DNA from: Bacillota bacterium | GTDB taxonomy: Bacteria > Bacillota > Sulfobacillia > Fermentithermobacillales > Fermentithermobacillaceae | Direction: 5' to 3' | Assembly (NCBI GenBank): GCA_040766225.1 | Contig: JAXGQX010000006.1 | Location: 1,876-65,875 of the forward strand | DNA: 64,000 nucleotides | Part shown: positions 26,643 through 35,984 of the stretch, piece after piece | How the letters are laid out: each line of letters begins with the position of its first letter | How positions within the stretch are numbered: the first letter of the stretch is position 1 | Notes under the pieces: generated by a model | What the model saw: only the letters and a program-made list of their open reading frames with translations | Database searches by the model: none | What the model was told of the DNA's origin: nothing | Program-made: the position numbers and the translations under genes

Positions 26643-27804
26643 TCATCGTCTCCTTAAGCTCATGAGTTCCCAGGTTCGCGAAATGGCCCGGTCCCGCTCC
26701 TCTTCCAGCACTTCTAGGCTAGTGGCGGCTCTCGGATGGTATTCTTCCATAATCTCCGACAGAACCCCGTACATATCCAGAAAACCTATGCGTCCTTCCA
26801 GGAATCCTCGGACCAGCACTTCATCGGCCGCGGACAAGACGCACGGTGCGCATCCGCCCATGCGTCCCGCCCGATACCCTAACAATAGAGACGGGAACCT
26901 GGCAGTGTCCGGTTCCTCAAAGGTCAGCGTGTCGAGGTACGGGGAAAGTGATTTGACGCATCCTGTCGTTCTTGCCGGATACGTCAGCCCATAAGATATG
27001 GCCAGTCGCATGTCGGGCCTAGCGAGTTGCGCCTTTGTTGAGCCGTCTCTATAAGTGACCATGGAATGGACGATGCTCTGCCTGTGGATTACGACTCTTA
27101 TCCTGTCGTAGTCCAGCCCAAACAGGTAATGGGCCTCCATGACCTCGAGCGTCTTGTTGAACAAAGTGGCCGAATCGACGGTAACTTTCCTGCCCATATC
27201 CCATGTGGGGTGCTTTAGGACTTCTTCGGGAGTGACTTCCCGCATCTCATCCACAGTGCGTTCTCTAAGGGCTCCCCCCGAAGCCGTCAGCACGATTTCC
27301 TGGATGTCCTCACGAGACTCTCCCTGAAGGCACTGGAAAATGGCTGAGTGTTCCGAGTCTACGGGTATGAACCGGTCGGGGTTTGCGGTTATGTACGGTC
27401 TCAACAGCTCTCCCGCTGAGACTAGAGACTCCTTGCCCGCGAAGGCAATCCTTTTCCGGCGCTCCAGGAGGAAAACAGCGGCCTAACACCTTCGAACCCG
27501 GGTATGGCGTGAAGCACCACTTCCACGTCAGCCAAAGACGCGGCCTTCTGGACCCCGAAACTCCGGCCACAATCTCCAAATCAGATAGACCGAAGCTATC
27601 CTTAGCTCCCAGCGCCTTGGTCGCAGCTTCTTCGTCAGACAGGGCCAACAGCTTTACGCCGAACTCCTTGGCTTGGGATAGAGCCATCTCCCAGCGGGTA
27701 CCTGCTGCCAAAGCCAGCACTCTTAGGTCGGGGTTCTCGCGGATCACCTGGAGAGCCTGGGTTCCGATGGAACCGGTGGAGCCCATGTATGCTGCAGTCC
27801 TCAA
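26643..27804 (-). CDS. dxr: 1-deoxy-D-xylulose-5-phosphate reductoisomerase (two frame changes)
   Basis: ORF 27310-27804 starts MGSTGSIGTQALQVI. ORF 26643-27404 contains IPVDSEHSAIFQCL and NKxLE-type motifs. The middle ~27400-27560 is readable only after shifts. Total ~387 codons. Confidence 0.85.
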
Positions 27805-28847
27805 TCGCGGACACCATCCTCGTGGGGGATAACGCCGGAAACCCAGAGCCCCTTAATGAGGATGGCGGCCAATGGGCCGTACACTAGACCGACCGTGCCA
27901 AACATCCTGAACCCGACGTAGAGCGACGTTAGAGTAGCCAGCGGATGCAGGCCCATTTCGCGCCCTACCAGATGGGTCTGGGCGAGCTGCCTCAAGAGCG
28001 AGACGGTCCCGTACAAAACCAGGAGCCCAACCGCCGTCGCGGGAGCTCCCCAAATGGCCTGGTAAAGGATCCAAGGGAAATAGACCAGTCCGGGACCCAC
28101 TACCGGGAGGATGTCCATGACGGCCAGGAGTATGCCCAAACCGACGGCGTATCGCGACCCGACCAGGGTAAGGCCCAGGACGTTGATGATCATGGTGAGC
28201 ATCACAAGCACTGCCTGCGCCCTCAGGAAACCGGCGACACCGCCCAAGATGTCAACTTCTACGTGCTTGAAACTCCTAAAAGTTTCCGGAGGCACGACGC
28301 CGCGCACGAAAGATGCGATCTTCATCCGGTCCTTCATAACGAAGTAGGCCGATAGGATGGTGAACATCAGCATTACCAGGAACAGCGGGACTCCTCTTAC
28401 CAATCCGCCCGCTCCGCTTAAGACTCGAGACAACAACACATCTAAACGGGCCCATTGCTCTTGAGCGGCCTTGGCCAAAGGCTCCGGCAACTGGGACGAT
28501 ATGTCACCCACTGCCCGGAGCACCTCGGTTACCACGCTATTGAACTCGGTGTAGTATTGGGGCAAGTACCCGTACAAGGCGGTCAATTCTTCCACGATCC
28601 TGGTGACTGCCCAAGTCACTAGAGAGAGCAAGATGGTCACAAGCACTAGGACTACTATGAGGGCGGAGCGCGACCGTCCCATCCTTGTCTTCTTTGAGAT
28701 GGCCGTTACTAAGGGGTCCAGAAGGAACGCGAGGAAGATGCCCAAGGCGAAGGGCAGGACATAGCCCAAGACGTAGCGGAAGAACACGTAGATCGCTACA
28801 AACGTGATTGTCAGATATCCTGTAGTCTTGACTGTCAAATCGCGCAC
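27801..28847 (-). CDS. ytvI: AI-2E family transporter / sporulation integral membrane protein YtvI-like
   Basis: Intact 348-aa polytopic ORF. It has PerM/YtvI-like architecture, with a large loop between the N-terminal helix pair and the C-terminal helices. Its stop overlaps the dxr start by 4 nt. Confidence 0.7.
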   Translation of the reverse strand: MRDLTVKTTGYLTITFVAIYVFFRYVLGYVLPFALGIFLAFLLDPLVTAISKKTRMGRSRSALIVVLVLVTILLSLVTWAVTRIVEELTALYGYLPQYYTEFNSVVTEVLRAVGDISSQLPEPLAKAAQEQWARLDVLLSRVLSGAGGLVRGVPLFLVMLMFTILSAYFVMKDRMKIASFVRGVVPPETFRSFKHVEVDILGGVAGFLRAQAVLVMLTMIINVLGLTLVGSRYAVGLGILLAVMDILPVVGPGLVYFPWILYQAIWGAPATAVGLLVLYGTVSLLRQLAQTHLVGREMGLHPLATLTSLYVGFRMFGTVGLVYGPLAAILIKGLWVSGVIPHEDGVRD

Positions 28848-28855
28848 GCCTCCGG

Positions 28856-29653
28856 TCAGAGACTGGACAACATCCCGCTAAGAAAACGAATCAACAGGCC
28901 GCCGGCCCCGGTGAACAAAAGACTGTCGAACCTGTCCAGAACTCCTCCGTGTCCCGGGATCACTTTACCCGAGTCTTTGGCCCTGCAGAACCGCTTTAGA
29001 AGGGATTCCGTGAGGTCTCCCAGTTCCCCCAAGACGCCAAGAAGGAGTCCGGCTCCAAGCGCGAAAGGCACCGTAAAGCCCAGATAGCTCGAAAGGATTC
29101 CGCCCGCCACAGCGGCCGCCAATGCGCCGCACACTGCTCCTTCCCATGACTTGGAGGGGCTTATCTCCGGGGCAAGTTTGTGCTTTCCCATGGCGCTGCC
29201 GCCAAGATATGCCCCTACGTCGGTGGCCCAAGTGACCAGCAGGACCAGGAGAGCCCAGTTCCTTCCGTTCTGCCCCATACGGAGCAATCCCAAGGCTCCA
29301 AGGAGGCCTCCTATATACACCGCTCCCGCAAGGCAGTAAGCGGCGGTCACTACGTTGCACTTTAGGAGCGACAAAGTCAGCAGAACGAGGGTTCCCAGCA
29401 CTAGAGCCATGAGCAGATGGTCTGGTTCCCCCCAACACCCCGACAGCGAAACCAAGGAAGTGATGACTACGAAGGCCGCGGGGACGTATACCCCGGCCTG
29501 GGAAAGGAGCTTCCGGTATTCCAGCGCCGCCAGGAATGAAGTGACGAGGAGCAGAGCGGCGAAATATGGGCCGCCTAGGTACACCGAGAAACCTACGAGA
29601 GGGGCAAAAACCATTGACGAAACGGTGCGTTGCGCGAACACCTTCCCGGTCAC
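28856..29653 (-). CDS. cdsA: phosphatidate cytidylyltransferase
   Basis: Intact 265-aa ORF with the CDS signature SKSWEGA...KRFCRAKDSGKVIPGHGGVLDRFDS. Confidence 0.9.
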   Translation of the reverse strand: MTGKVFAQRTVSSMVFAPLVGFSVYLGGPYFAALLLVTSFLAALEYRKLLSQAGVYVPAAFVVITSLVSLSGCWGEPDHLLMALVLGTLVLLTLSLLKCNVVTAAYCLAGAVYIGGLLGALGLLRMGQNGRNWALLVLLVTWATDVGAYLGGSAMGKHKLAPEISPSKSWEGAVCGALAAAVAGGILSSYLGFTVPFALGAGLLLGVLGELGDLTESLLKRFCRAKDSGKVIPGHGGVLDRFDSLLFTGAGGLLIRFLSGMLSSL

Positions 29654-30414
29654 CCTCTCTTATCCCTCACATCCCCAAACCGCCGCTGACGGCTTCCGTA
29701 CTCGGCTACTGCCTTAAAAATGTCCACGGGACCGAAATCGGGCCATAGGACATCGGTAAACACTAATTCCGAATAGGCGCCTTGCCAAAGTAGGAAGTTA
29801 GAAATCCTCTCTTCACCCGACGTGCGGACTATCAGGTCCGGGTCAGGCACAAAAGGCGCATAAAGCAGTTGACGAAACTCGTCTTCTCCCACGCGATCGA
29901 GCTCGTCCCTCTTATACTTCAATGCCAACTTCTTAGCCGCATCCAATATCTCCTGCCGGCCACCGTAGTTCACAGCTAGGAGCACCGTAAGATTTGAGCC
30001 TAAAGCGGTGTCGCGCTCTGCCTTTGACAGGGCCTCGACCACGGGAAGAGGCAAATCCCGCCACCTTCCTACGGGGATTAGCCGTACTCCCTTCTCTTTA
30101 AGCTCCCGCCGGTCCGAGTTGGCGTAATCCAGAACAAGGTTCATGAGGAACTTGACTTCATCTTGTGGCCGGCGCCAGTTCTCCGTGGAAAAAACGAAAA
30201 GCGTCACGTACTTGACCCCAAGGTCAAGAAGGGCCGGGAGGCAACGCCTCATGGCCTCTACTCCCGCTCTATGCCCTTCTTTTCGGCTTAACCCTCTTCG
30301 CTCTGCCCAGCGACCGTTTCCGTCCATAATGAATGCCATATGGTACGGTACGTTACCGGATTTGGCCCGCTCACGCCAGCTCTGTTCCTCCTGATCGAGG
30401 TTACTGCTAGGCAA
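29650..30414 (-). CDS. uppS: isoprenyl transferase (undecaprenyl diphosphate synthase)
   Basis: Intact 254-aa ORF with HMAFIMDGNGRWA and the LLWQ...YSEL motifs. Confidence 0.9.
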   Translation of the reverse strand: MPSSNLDQEEQSWRERAKSGNVPYHMAFIMDGNGRWAERRGLSRKEGHRAGVEAMRRCLPALLDLGVKYVTLFVFSTENWRRPQDEVKFLMNLVLDYANSDRRELKEKGVRLIPVGRWRDLPLPVVEALSKAERDTALGSNLTVLLAVNYGGRQEILDAAKKLALKYKRDELDRVGEDEFRQLLYAPFVPDPDLIVRTSGEERISNFLLWQGAYSELVFTDVLWPDFGPVDIFKAVAEYGSRQRRFGDVRDKRG

Positions 30415-30417
30415 GGG

Positions 30418-30978
30418 CTACACTTCCATTATCTCTTTCTCTTTTGCCGCCGTTATCTCGTCCACAAGTTTGACGTACTTGTCGGTTAGCTTCTGCACTT
30501 TGTCTTGAATCTTCCTGGACATGTCCTCGGAGATTTCTTTGTCCTTCTCGCCCTTCTTGATCTCTTCGTTAATGTCCCGGCGGACGTTTCTAAGCGCTAT
30601 CTTCTGAGATTCCGCTTCTTTCCTAATGGTCTTAAGTATCTCTTGACGCCTTTCGCCTGACAGTGCGGGAATGGTAACCCTCAGGACGTTGCCGTCATTT
30701 ACAGGCATGGCGCCTAACTCCGCTTTTTGAAGCGCCTTTTCAAGGGATGACAGCATCTTCTTGTCCCAAGGTTGAATGACTAAGGTGCGCGGGGGCGCGA
30801 CCCCTATGGTAGCCACCTGGCTAATGGGCGTGGGTATCCCGAAATAGTCGACGGACACCCTTTCAAGAATGGCGGGGCTTGCTCGTCCGGCACGAGTACC
30901 GGCCAGAGACTTTTTGAAGGCCTCGATAACCTTTTTCATGCGGTCCTCAGAATCCGTGAGGACACTTCTTTCGTCCAT
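30418..30978 (-). CDS. frr: ribosome recycling factor
   Basis: ORF 30418-30996 trimmed to ATG 30978 (GGGAGGG upstream, just after the pyrH stop). Contains RAGRASPAILERVSVDYFG and the C-terminal coiled coil. Confidence 0.9.
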   Translation of the reverse strand: MDERSVLTDSEDRMKKVIEAFKKSLAGTRAGRASPAILERVSVDYFGIPTPISQVATIGVAPPRTLVIQPWDKKMLSSLEKALQKAELGAMPVNDGNVLRVTIPALSGERRQEILKTIRKEAESQKIALRNVRRDINEEIKKGEKDKEISEDMSRKIQDKVQKLTDKYVKLVDEITAAKEKEIMEV

Positions 30979-30979
30979 T

Positions 30980-31708
30980 TTACTCCCTCCCGACAAAGGT
31001 ACCGACTTTTTCTCCTGTAACCGCCTTTTCTATGTTACCATAAACATCCAGGTCAAATACTATGAGCGGTATACGGTTGTCCATGCAGAGGGTAGTTGCC
31101 GTCGCATCCATGACTCGGAGACGCTTCTGGATGAGTTCCATGTAATCCAACTGCTCGTACTTCTTGGCGTTGGGGTTTTCGTTCGGGTCTGAGTCATAGA
31201 CTCCGTCGGTCCCCTGCTTGGCCATTAGAATCGCGTTTGCCCCTATCTCAGCTGCCCTAAGCGCCGCGGTGGTGTCCGTAGAAAAATAGGGGTTACCGCT
31301 GCCGGCCCCGAAAATCACCACTCTCTTCTGCCTTAAGTGGTGTATCGCCTTTCGCCGGATGTACGGTTCCCCTACTTCTCTCATATCGATTGCGGTCATG
31401 AGGCGTGTGTCCAAACCGAGACGCTCCAGTCTTTCTTGGAGCGCCATACAGTTCATGACCGTCGCGAGCATCCCCATGTAGTCCGAGGTCGCCCTGTCCA
31501 TGCCCTGTGACTCGCCTTTTACCCCTCGCCAGAAGTTGCCTCCGCCCACTACGACGGAGATCTCCACGCCCATGTCCGAGAGGTTCTTCACCTGCGACGC
31601 GATGCTTTCCACTTTAGCGAGATCTAAACCGAAACCGGTCTTGCCGGCTAAGGCCTCGCCCGACAGCTTTAGGACAACCCGTTGGTACTTAGCGGTCTTT
31701 TCCGCCAA
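30980..31708 (-). CDS. pyrH: UMP kinase
   Basis: Intact 242-aa ORF with [10 protein letters not shown] and [10 protein letters not shown] motifs. Confidence 0.9.
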   Translation of the reverse strand: MAEKTAKYQRVVLKLSGEALAGKTGFGLDLAKVESIASQVKNLSDMGVEISVVVGGGNFWRGVKGESQGMDRATSDYMGMLATVMNCMALQERLERLGLDTRLMTAIDMREVGEPYIRRKAIHHLRQKRVVIFGAGSGNPYFSTDTTAALRAAEIGANAILMAKQGTDGVYDSDPNENPNAKKYEQLDYMELIQKRLRVMDATATTLCMDNRIPLIVFDLDVYGNIEKAVTGEKVGTFVGRE

Positions 31709-31738
31709 TTCCGGTCATCCCCCATCGTTTGTGAGTTG

Positions 31739-32335
31739 TTACTCTCCCAACGCCAGGCGGGCGAATCTGCCAACTACGATGTTCTCGCCCAAGACGGCAA
31801 CTTTCTCGGCTATGACGTTTCCGACTTTCTTGGAGTCGTCTCTAATGAACGGCTGCTCTAGGAGGCAGACCCTCTCGTAGAACTTCGCCATCCTGCCAAC
31901 AATGATCTTGTCCAACACTGCTTCGGGTTTGCCTTCCGTCCTGGCTCTTTCCTTTTCCACGGCCTCTTCACGCTCCACGATCTCTCGCGGCACGTCTTCT
32001 TTGGACACGTAGTCAGGCTTCGCCCAAGCGATGTGCATGGCGATTTCCTTTGCCAGCTCCCGGAAGACGTCTGTGCGTGCCACGAAGTCGGACTCGCACT
32101 TAAGCTCCAAGAGGACTCCGATCTTCCCGTTGTGATGGAGGTAGGATTCTACGAGTCCTTGCTCGGCGGCGCGGATGCCTTCTTGGCGGCTTGAGCCAAG
32201 CCCTTCTTCCTTAGGTAGTCGATAGCTTTTTCCATGTCGCCCCCGACTTCCATAAGGGCCTTTTTGCAGTCCATCATCCCCGCTCCGGTCCGCTCTCGGA
32301 GCTCTCTTGATTTTCTCGACCGTGATTTCAGCCAT
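31739..32335 (-). CDS. tsf: elongation factor Ts (short form), with a compensating pair of frame changes in the N-terminal domain
   Basis: The ORF stays open, but residues ~11-55 are scrambled. Removing one A near 32309 and adding one C near 32175 restores [78 protein letters not shown]. Confidence 0.85.
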   Translation of the reverse strand: MAEITVEKIKRAPRADRSGDDGLQKGPYGSRGRHGKSYRLPKEEGLGSSRQEGIRAAEQGLVESYLHHNGKIGVLLELKCESDFVARTDVFRELAKEIAMHIAWAKPDYVSKEDVPREIVEREEAVEKERARTEGKPEAVLDKIIVGRMAKFYERVCLLEQPFIRDDSKKVGNVIAEKVAVLGENIVVGRFARLALGE

Positions 32336-32340
32336 TGCCC

Positions 32341-33042
32341 TCACTCCTCCTGAACCTGTACACCCTGCTTGCCTTCGAGGATAGCGTCGGCCATCTTTCC
32401 GGAGATTAGTTTCACCGATCTGATGGCGTCGTCGTTGCCGGGGATGATGACGTCAACCTCGTCGGGGTCACAGTTTGTATCGACTATGGCAACCACCGGG
32501 ATACCCAGACGTCGGGCCTCCAATGTGGCGATATGCTCTTTCCGGGGGTCGACCACGAACAGGGCGTCCGGTAGGGACTGCATTCCCTTGATGCCCAGGA
32601 AGTACTTCTCCAGCTTCTCCTTCTCTTTCATGAGAAGAGCGGCTTCCTTCTTTGTGAGGCGCTCAAGATAACCGTTTGTCTCCCAATCCTCAAGCTCCAG
32701 GAGCTTCTGAATGCGTTTGCGAATGGTCACGAAGTTGGTTAGAGTCCCGCCCAACCAACGCTGATTTACGTAAAACTCGCCCGCTCTCTTCGCTTCTGTC
32801 TCAACCGCTTCTTGGGCTTGCTTCTTCGTGCCGACGAAAAGTACTCTGCCGCCGTTTTGGGAGATTGAACGTACAAAACTGTAAGCGTCTTCAATCATAC
32901 GGACGGTCTTTTGGAGATCGATGATGTAGATGCCGTTTCTCTCGATGAAGATGTAGGGCTTCATCTTGGGGTTCCATCTTCGAGTCTGGTGGCCGAAATG
33001 TACGCCTGCCTCAAGAAGCTGCTTCATTGAAACTACGGACAA
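32341..33042 (-). CDS. rpsB: 30S ribosomal protein S2
   Basis: Intact 233-aa ORF with [19 protein letters not shown] and [10 protein letters not shown] motifs. Confidence 0.95.
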   Translation of the reverse strand: MSVVSMKQLLEAGVHFGHQTRRWNPKMKPYIFIERNGIYIIDLQKTVRMIEDAYSFVRSISQNGGRVLFVGTKKQAQEAVETEAKRAGEFYVNQRWLGGTLTNFVTIRKRIQKLLELEDWETNGYLERLTKKEAALLMKEKEKLEKYFLGIKGMQSLPDALFVVDPRKEHIATLEARRLGIPVVAIVDTNCDPDEVDVIIPGNDDAIRSVKLISGKMADAILEGKQGVQVQEE

Positions 33043-33171
33043 AAATACACACCCCCATGGTTTTTACCTCCGCCGCCATCGTCGGCACCGCGACTCCAGT
33101 GGAGAACCGAGCGATACCTTAAGCAGCGTGTGTTCTTTGTAGACCTCGGGTAGTATATCACAACTAGTGTG

Positions 33172-33480
33172 TCACGCGCCTTGAATATCGAGCAATTTTC
33201 CTTTTGTAGGATGTCCGGAAGCTTCTCTTTTTGCCCCGTCCTTCCCGTTTTTCCTGTCGTCCGGGAACTCCCAGGCGGCTGACCCTCCGGCCGACTCGCT
33301 ATCCACGCTGTTCTCGCTCTTCGGCGCCTCGTTCACCGTTTGCGCGCGCTCGGTCATTTCCCGTAGGAATCCAGTGGCCAGACTTTCCGCCTGGACTTCT
33401 CCGTGCCGGCCTTGAGCGGCTACCATTCGGGCGATGTCGGCTGAACGCGGCAATCCGGCGAGGGTGTCAATGGGCTTCAC
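33172..33480 (-). CDS. hypothetical protein, last gene of the flagellar/sigma-28 cluster (position of swrB/ylxL in B. subtilis)
   Basis: 102-aa ORF overlapping the fapA 3' end by 14 nt. It has an acidic, low-complexity C-terminal half. I recognise no family. Confidence 0.5.
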   Translation of the reverse strand: MKPIDTLAGLPRSADIARMVAAQGRHGEVQAESLATGFLREMTERAQTVNEAPKSENSVDSESAGGSAAWEFPDDRKNGKDGAKREASGHPTKGKLLDIQGA

Positions 33481-34810
33481 CCCGTATCACTCCCATCCGC
33501 AAGCCTTCCACGTGGCCCCGAAACTCTGTTACCGACACGCCCATAGCCAGTTTTGTTCCCGGGAGGACATGCTCGGCCCAGAAATGTCCCGGACGCCCCA
33601 GCTTTCGCATCCGTTCCTTCAGAGCTGAAAGCTTTTCGGAAAGCTCCTTTTCTTGACTTTCGAGAAAAAGGGATACGCGCTTTAGCCGCAGACTGTCGTA
33701 CTCTCTTCCCATTTTGGTCATGAGGGAGGATCTTTTCACATCGTCTAATTCCTGTCTAATCCTTTGGAGGTCTCGCTCAAGCTTGGAGAACTCCCTGCGA
33801 TATTTGGGGCTGATCCCCACTTCAATTACCGTGGGAACCCCCATGGAGGATCCCGCGGTATTCACAATCACGCCTCGGCCTGCTCGGATCCGGCCTCCCA
33901 CTATGCGACCGGATGGGTCGGTAACCCTAAGGCCTTCTTCGGTCTCCACCACGCTATGGACGACCGCTTCCGTTACCGTTACCGGTCCCGTGGTCCGAAC
34001 CAGCGAGTTCTCCATGAATCTGCAATAGATCCCGCGTCCGGATTCCACGCTTTCGCCCGGCGCGTTGATGCCGCCTCTAACGGCGATTTGTCCGCCGGCG
34101 GCGGCCGAGCCCGACAAGGATCCCTCTACTATGAGGTTCTGCCCTGCGGATACGCGGAAGCCCGAGTCCACGTCCCCTTGGACCGTGATGTCGCCTGGGA
34201 ACGCTAGGTCTCCGGTCTTCCGGCCTACGTTTCCCTGGATGATGACGTGGTCTAGGACGGATGCGACGCCGTCCTCGATATAGGGTATTCCCGCACGTTT
34301 TGCCAAGAGAGATTTCCCATCTTTAGATACAGAGGTGGTCTGGGAAGCTCGAAATGCCGGCCTATCCTGTCCCAGAAGCACCGGGAGCCCTGTTACTCCC
34401 GTACCCCTCCTACACCTTTCGGGGTTCCGGACGAAACAAAGCACGTCCCCCTCTCTCACGGTTCCGAGGGCGATCATGGACTGCCAACCCTCCAAGAACC
34501 CAGGCCCCACAGGGTGTACCGATGGCGGACGGCCCACTGACTTGGGGAACCTGAACACCGTTACGGGTTCTCCGGCTTCCGTTTTCGCGCTCTTCCGATC
34601 GATTGTCCCCCAAGCAACCTGGTAGATCATTCCTCTGTTTCCCTTGACGGCCTCCAGAAGCGCCTTTACCGATATACCGTGGGTGACTCCCTCCCCCCTA
34701 AGGGCTTCCCGTAGGTCGTCCACAGTATAGACCGGTCCGTGAGGCAGTATCACGAACGCGGCCATGGTGTCATCCGAGATGACTATCTTTGGGCGGACAA
34801 ACTCTCCCAT
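33467..34810 (-). CDS. fapA: FapA (DUF342) flagellar assembly protein A-like
   Basis: Intact 447-aa ORF. It shows the beta-helix repeat pattern typical of DUF342 (GNVGRKTGDLAFPGDITVQGDVDSGFRVSAGQNLIVEGSLSGSAAAGGQIAVRGGI...) and a C-terminal coiled coil. Confidence 0.8.
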   Translation of the reverse strand: MGEFVRPKIVISDDTMAAFVILPHGPVYTVDDLREALRGEGVTHGISVKALLEAVKGNRGMIYQVAWGTIDRKSAKTEAGEPVTVFRFPKSVGRPPSVHPVGPGFLEGWQSMIALGTVREGDVLCFVRNPERCRRGTGVTGLPVLLGQDRPAFRASQTTSVSKDGKSLLAKRAGIPYIEDGVASVLDHVIIQGNVGRKTGDLAFPGDITVQGDVDSGFRVSAGQNLIVEGSLSGSAAAGGQIAVRGGINAPGESVESGRGIYCRFMENSLVRTTGPVTVTEAVVHSVVETEEGLRVTDPSGRIVGGRIRAGRGVIVNTAGSSMGVPTVIEVGISPKYRREFSKLERDLQRIRQELDDVKRSSLMTKMGREYDSLRLKRVSLFLESQEKELSEKLSALKERMRKLGRPGHFWAEHVLPGTKLAMGVSVTEFRGHVEGLRMGVIRGEAH

Positions 34811-34822
34811 CTTCGGCCTCCG

Positions 34823-35605
34823 CTAGTCCCTAAGAGTTGACAGAACGGCCTTCAACCGGATTACGGCTTTGGTGTGGAGTTGGCTAATCCTAGAAGGCGA
34901 GACTTTGAGTATGTAAGCGATTTCTTTCACGGTAAGGCCTTCAAAGTAGTACAGGCTTACGACGAGTTTTTCCCTGTCGGGCAAACTGGCTACCGCTCGG
35001 GCCAAGGCATCGGTCTTGGACGACCACTCGGCTTCGTCTAGAGGATCGAGGGCTTTCTCGTCCTTGACCTCGATTTTCCTGGCGGTGGAGTCGCTCTCGT
35101 CGGTGTTGCCCCAGACATCTTCCAGGGACAGAATCGATGAACTGGCCATGTCTTGAATCCGGTGTTCGTATTCTTCCATGGTAATGCCCAGTTCTGATGC
35201 GATTTCCTCGTCCGTGGCGGATCTCCCCAGACGGTTCTCCAAGTCCTTTGTGGCCTTCTCCAGTAGGCGGTTCCTGTGCCTCACGGATACGGGGACCCAG
35301 TCCATGGACCTAAGTCCATCGATCATCGCTCCGCGCACCCTAGCAACCGCGTATGTCTCGAACTTTACGCCTCGCTGGGGATCAAAGCGCTCTATGGCGT
35401 CGATAAGCCCTAGGCTCCCGTAACCTACCAAGTCGCCTTCGTCTACGCTCTTGGGAAGGTTAACGACGACTCGACCGGCCACGTACTTGACTAGGGGCGC
35501 GTATCTGGTTATCAACGCATCTCTGGCAGCGCGGTCGTTTCTGATCTTGTATGCCCCCCACACCTCGTCAGTGGTCTTTCTCTCGATGTCATTCAGGTTT
35601 AGCAT
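34823..35605 (-). CDS. fliA: flagellar sigma factor sigma-28 (FliA/SigD/WhiG)
   Basis: Intact 260-aa ORF with region 2 (LITRYAPLVKYVAGRV, DLVGYGSLGLIDAIERFD) and the region 4 HTH (LTVKEIAYILKVSPSRISQLH). Confidence 0.9.
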   Translation of the reverse strand: MLNLNDIERKTTDEVWGAYKIRNDRAARDALITRYAPLVKYVAGRVVVNLPKSVDEGDLVGYGSLGLIDAIERFDPQRGVKFETYAVARVRGAMIDGLRSMDWVPVSVRHRNRLLEKATKDLENRLGRSATDEEIASELGITMEEYEHRIQDMASSSILSLEDVWGNTDESDSTARKIEVKDEKALDPLDEAEWSSKTDALARAVASLPDREKLVVSLYYFEGLTVKEIAYILKVSPSRISQLHTKAVIRLKAVLSTLRD

Positions 35606-35984
35606 GGCTCCGCTCCAATCCGCTGCTCAAAACGACGCGAGCGATTTTATCTCTGTCTCCCGGCGCTAAGGACACGAACCGTATGGCTACCGCCTTATTC
35701 CCATCACCGGTGTCTATCAGCCGTACCGGGCCGGCTAGCGCAAACACCGCTCCTCCGGGGATAAACAACTGGACCTCCAATAGCCCGTCCTTTCCACTCC
35801 ACAAGTCGAGATGCCTATCGACTTGAAAAGATGCTCCCCCCGCGGAAAGGTCCGATGTCATCGAAGTGTACCAACGAGGGTCCGCCTTGTCCGACCCCGG
35901 TAACGGACGGTACCAAATGGGATAACTTACCCCGGCTCGAAAGTCCGATCTCCGCTGTTGTTTCGTTCCGTCAGTCAACCGCAA
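35589..35984 (-). CDS. single-domain PilZ protein (c-di-GMP receptor candidate)
   Basis: 131-aa ORF with a TTG start overlapping the flhA stop. It has the RxxxR motif (RRSDFR) and D-x-S-x-x-G (DLSAGG). Its 3' end overlaps the fliA start by 17 nt. Confidence 0.75.
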   Translation of the reverse strand: MRLTDGTKQQRRSDFRAGVSYPIWYRPLPGSDKADPRWYTSMTSDLSAGGASFQVDRHLDLWSGKDGLLEVQLFIPGGAVFALAGPVRLIDTGDGNKAVAIRFVSLAPGDRDKIARVVLSSGLERSHAKPE

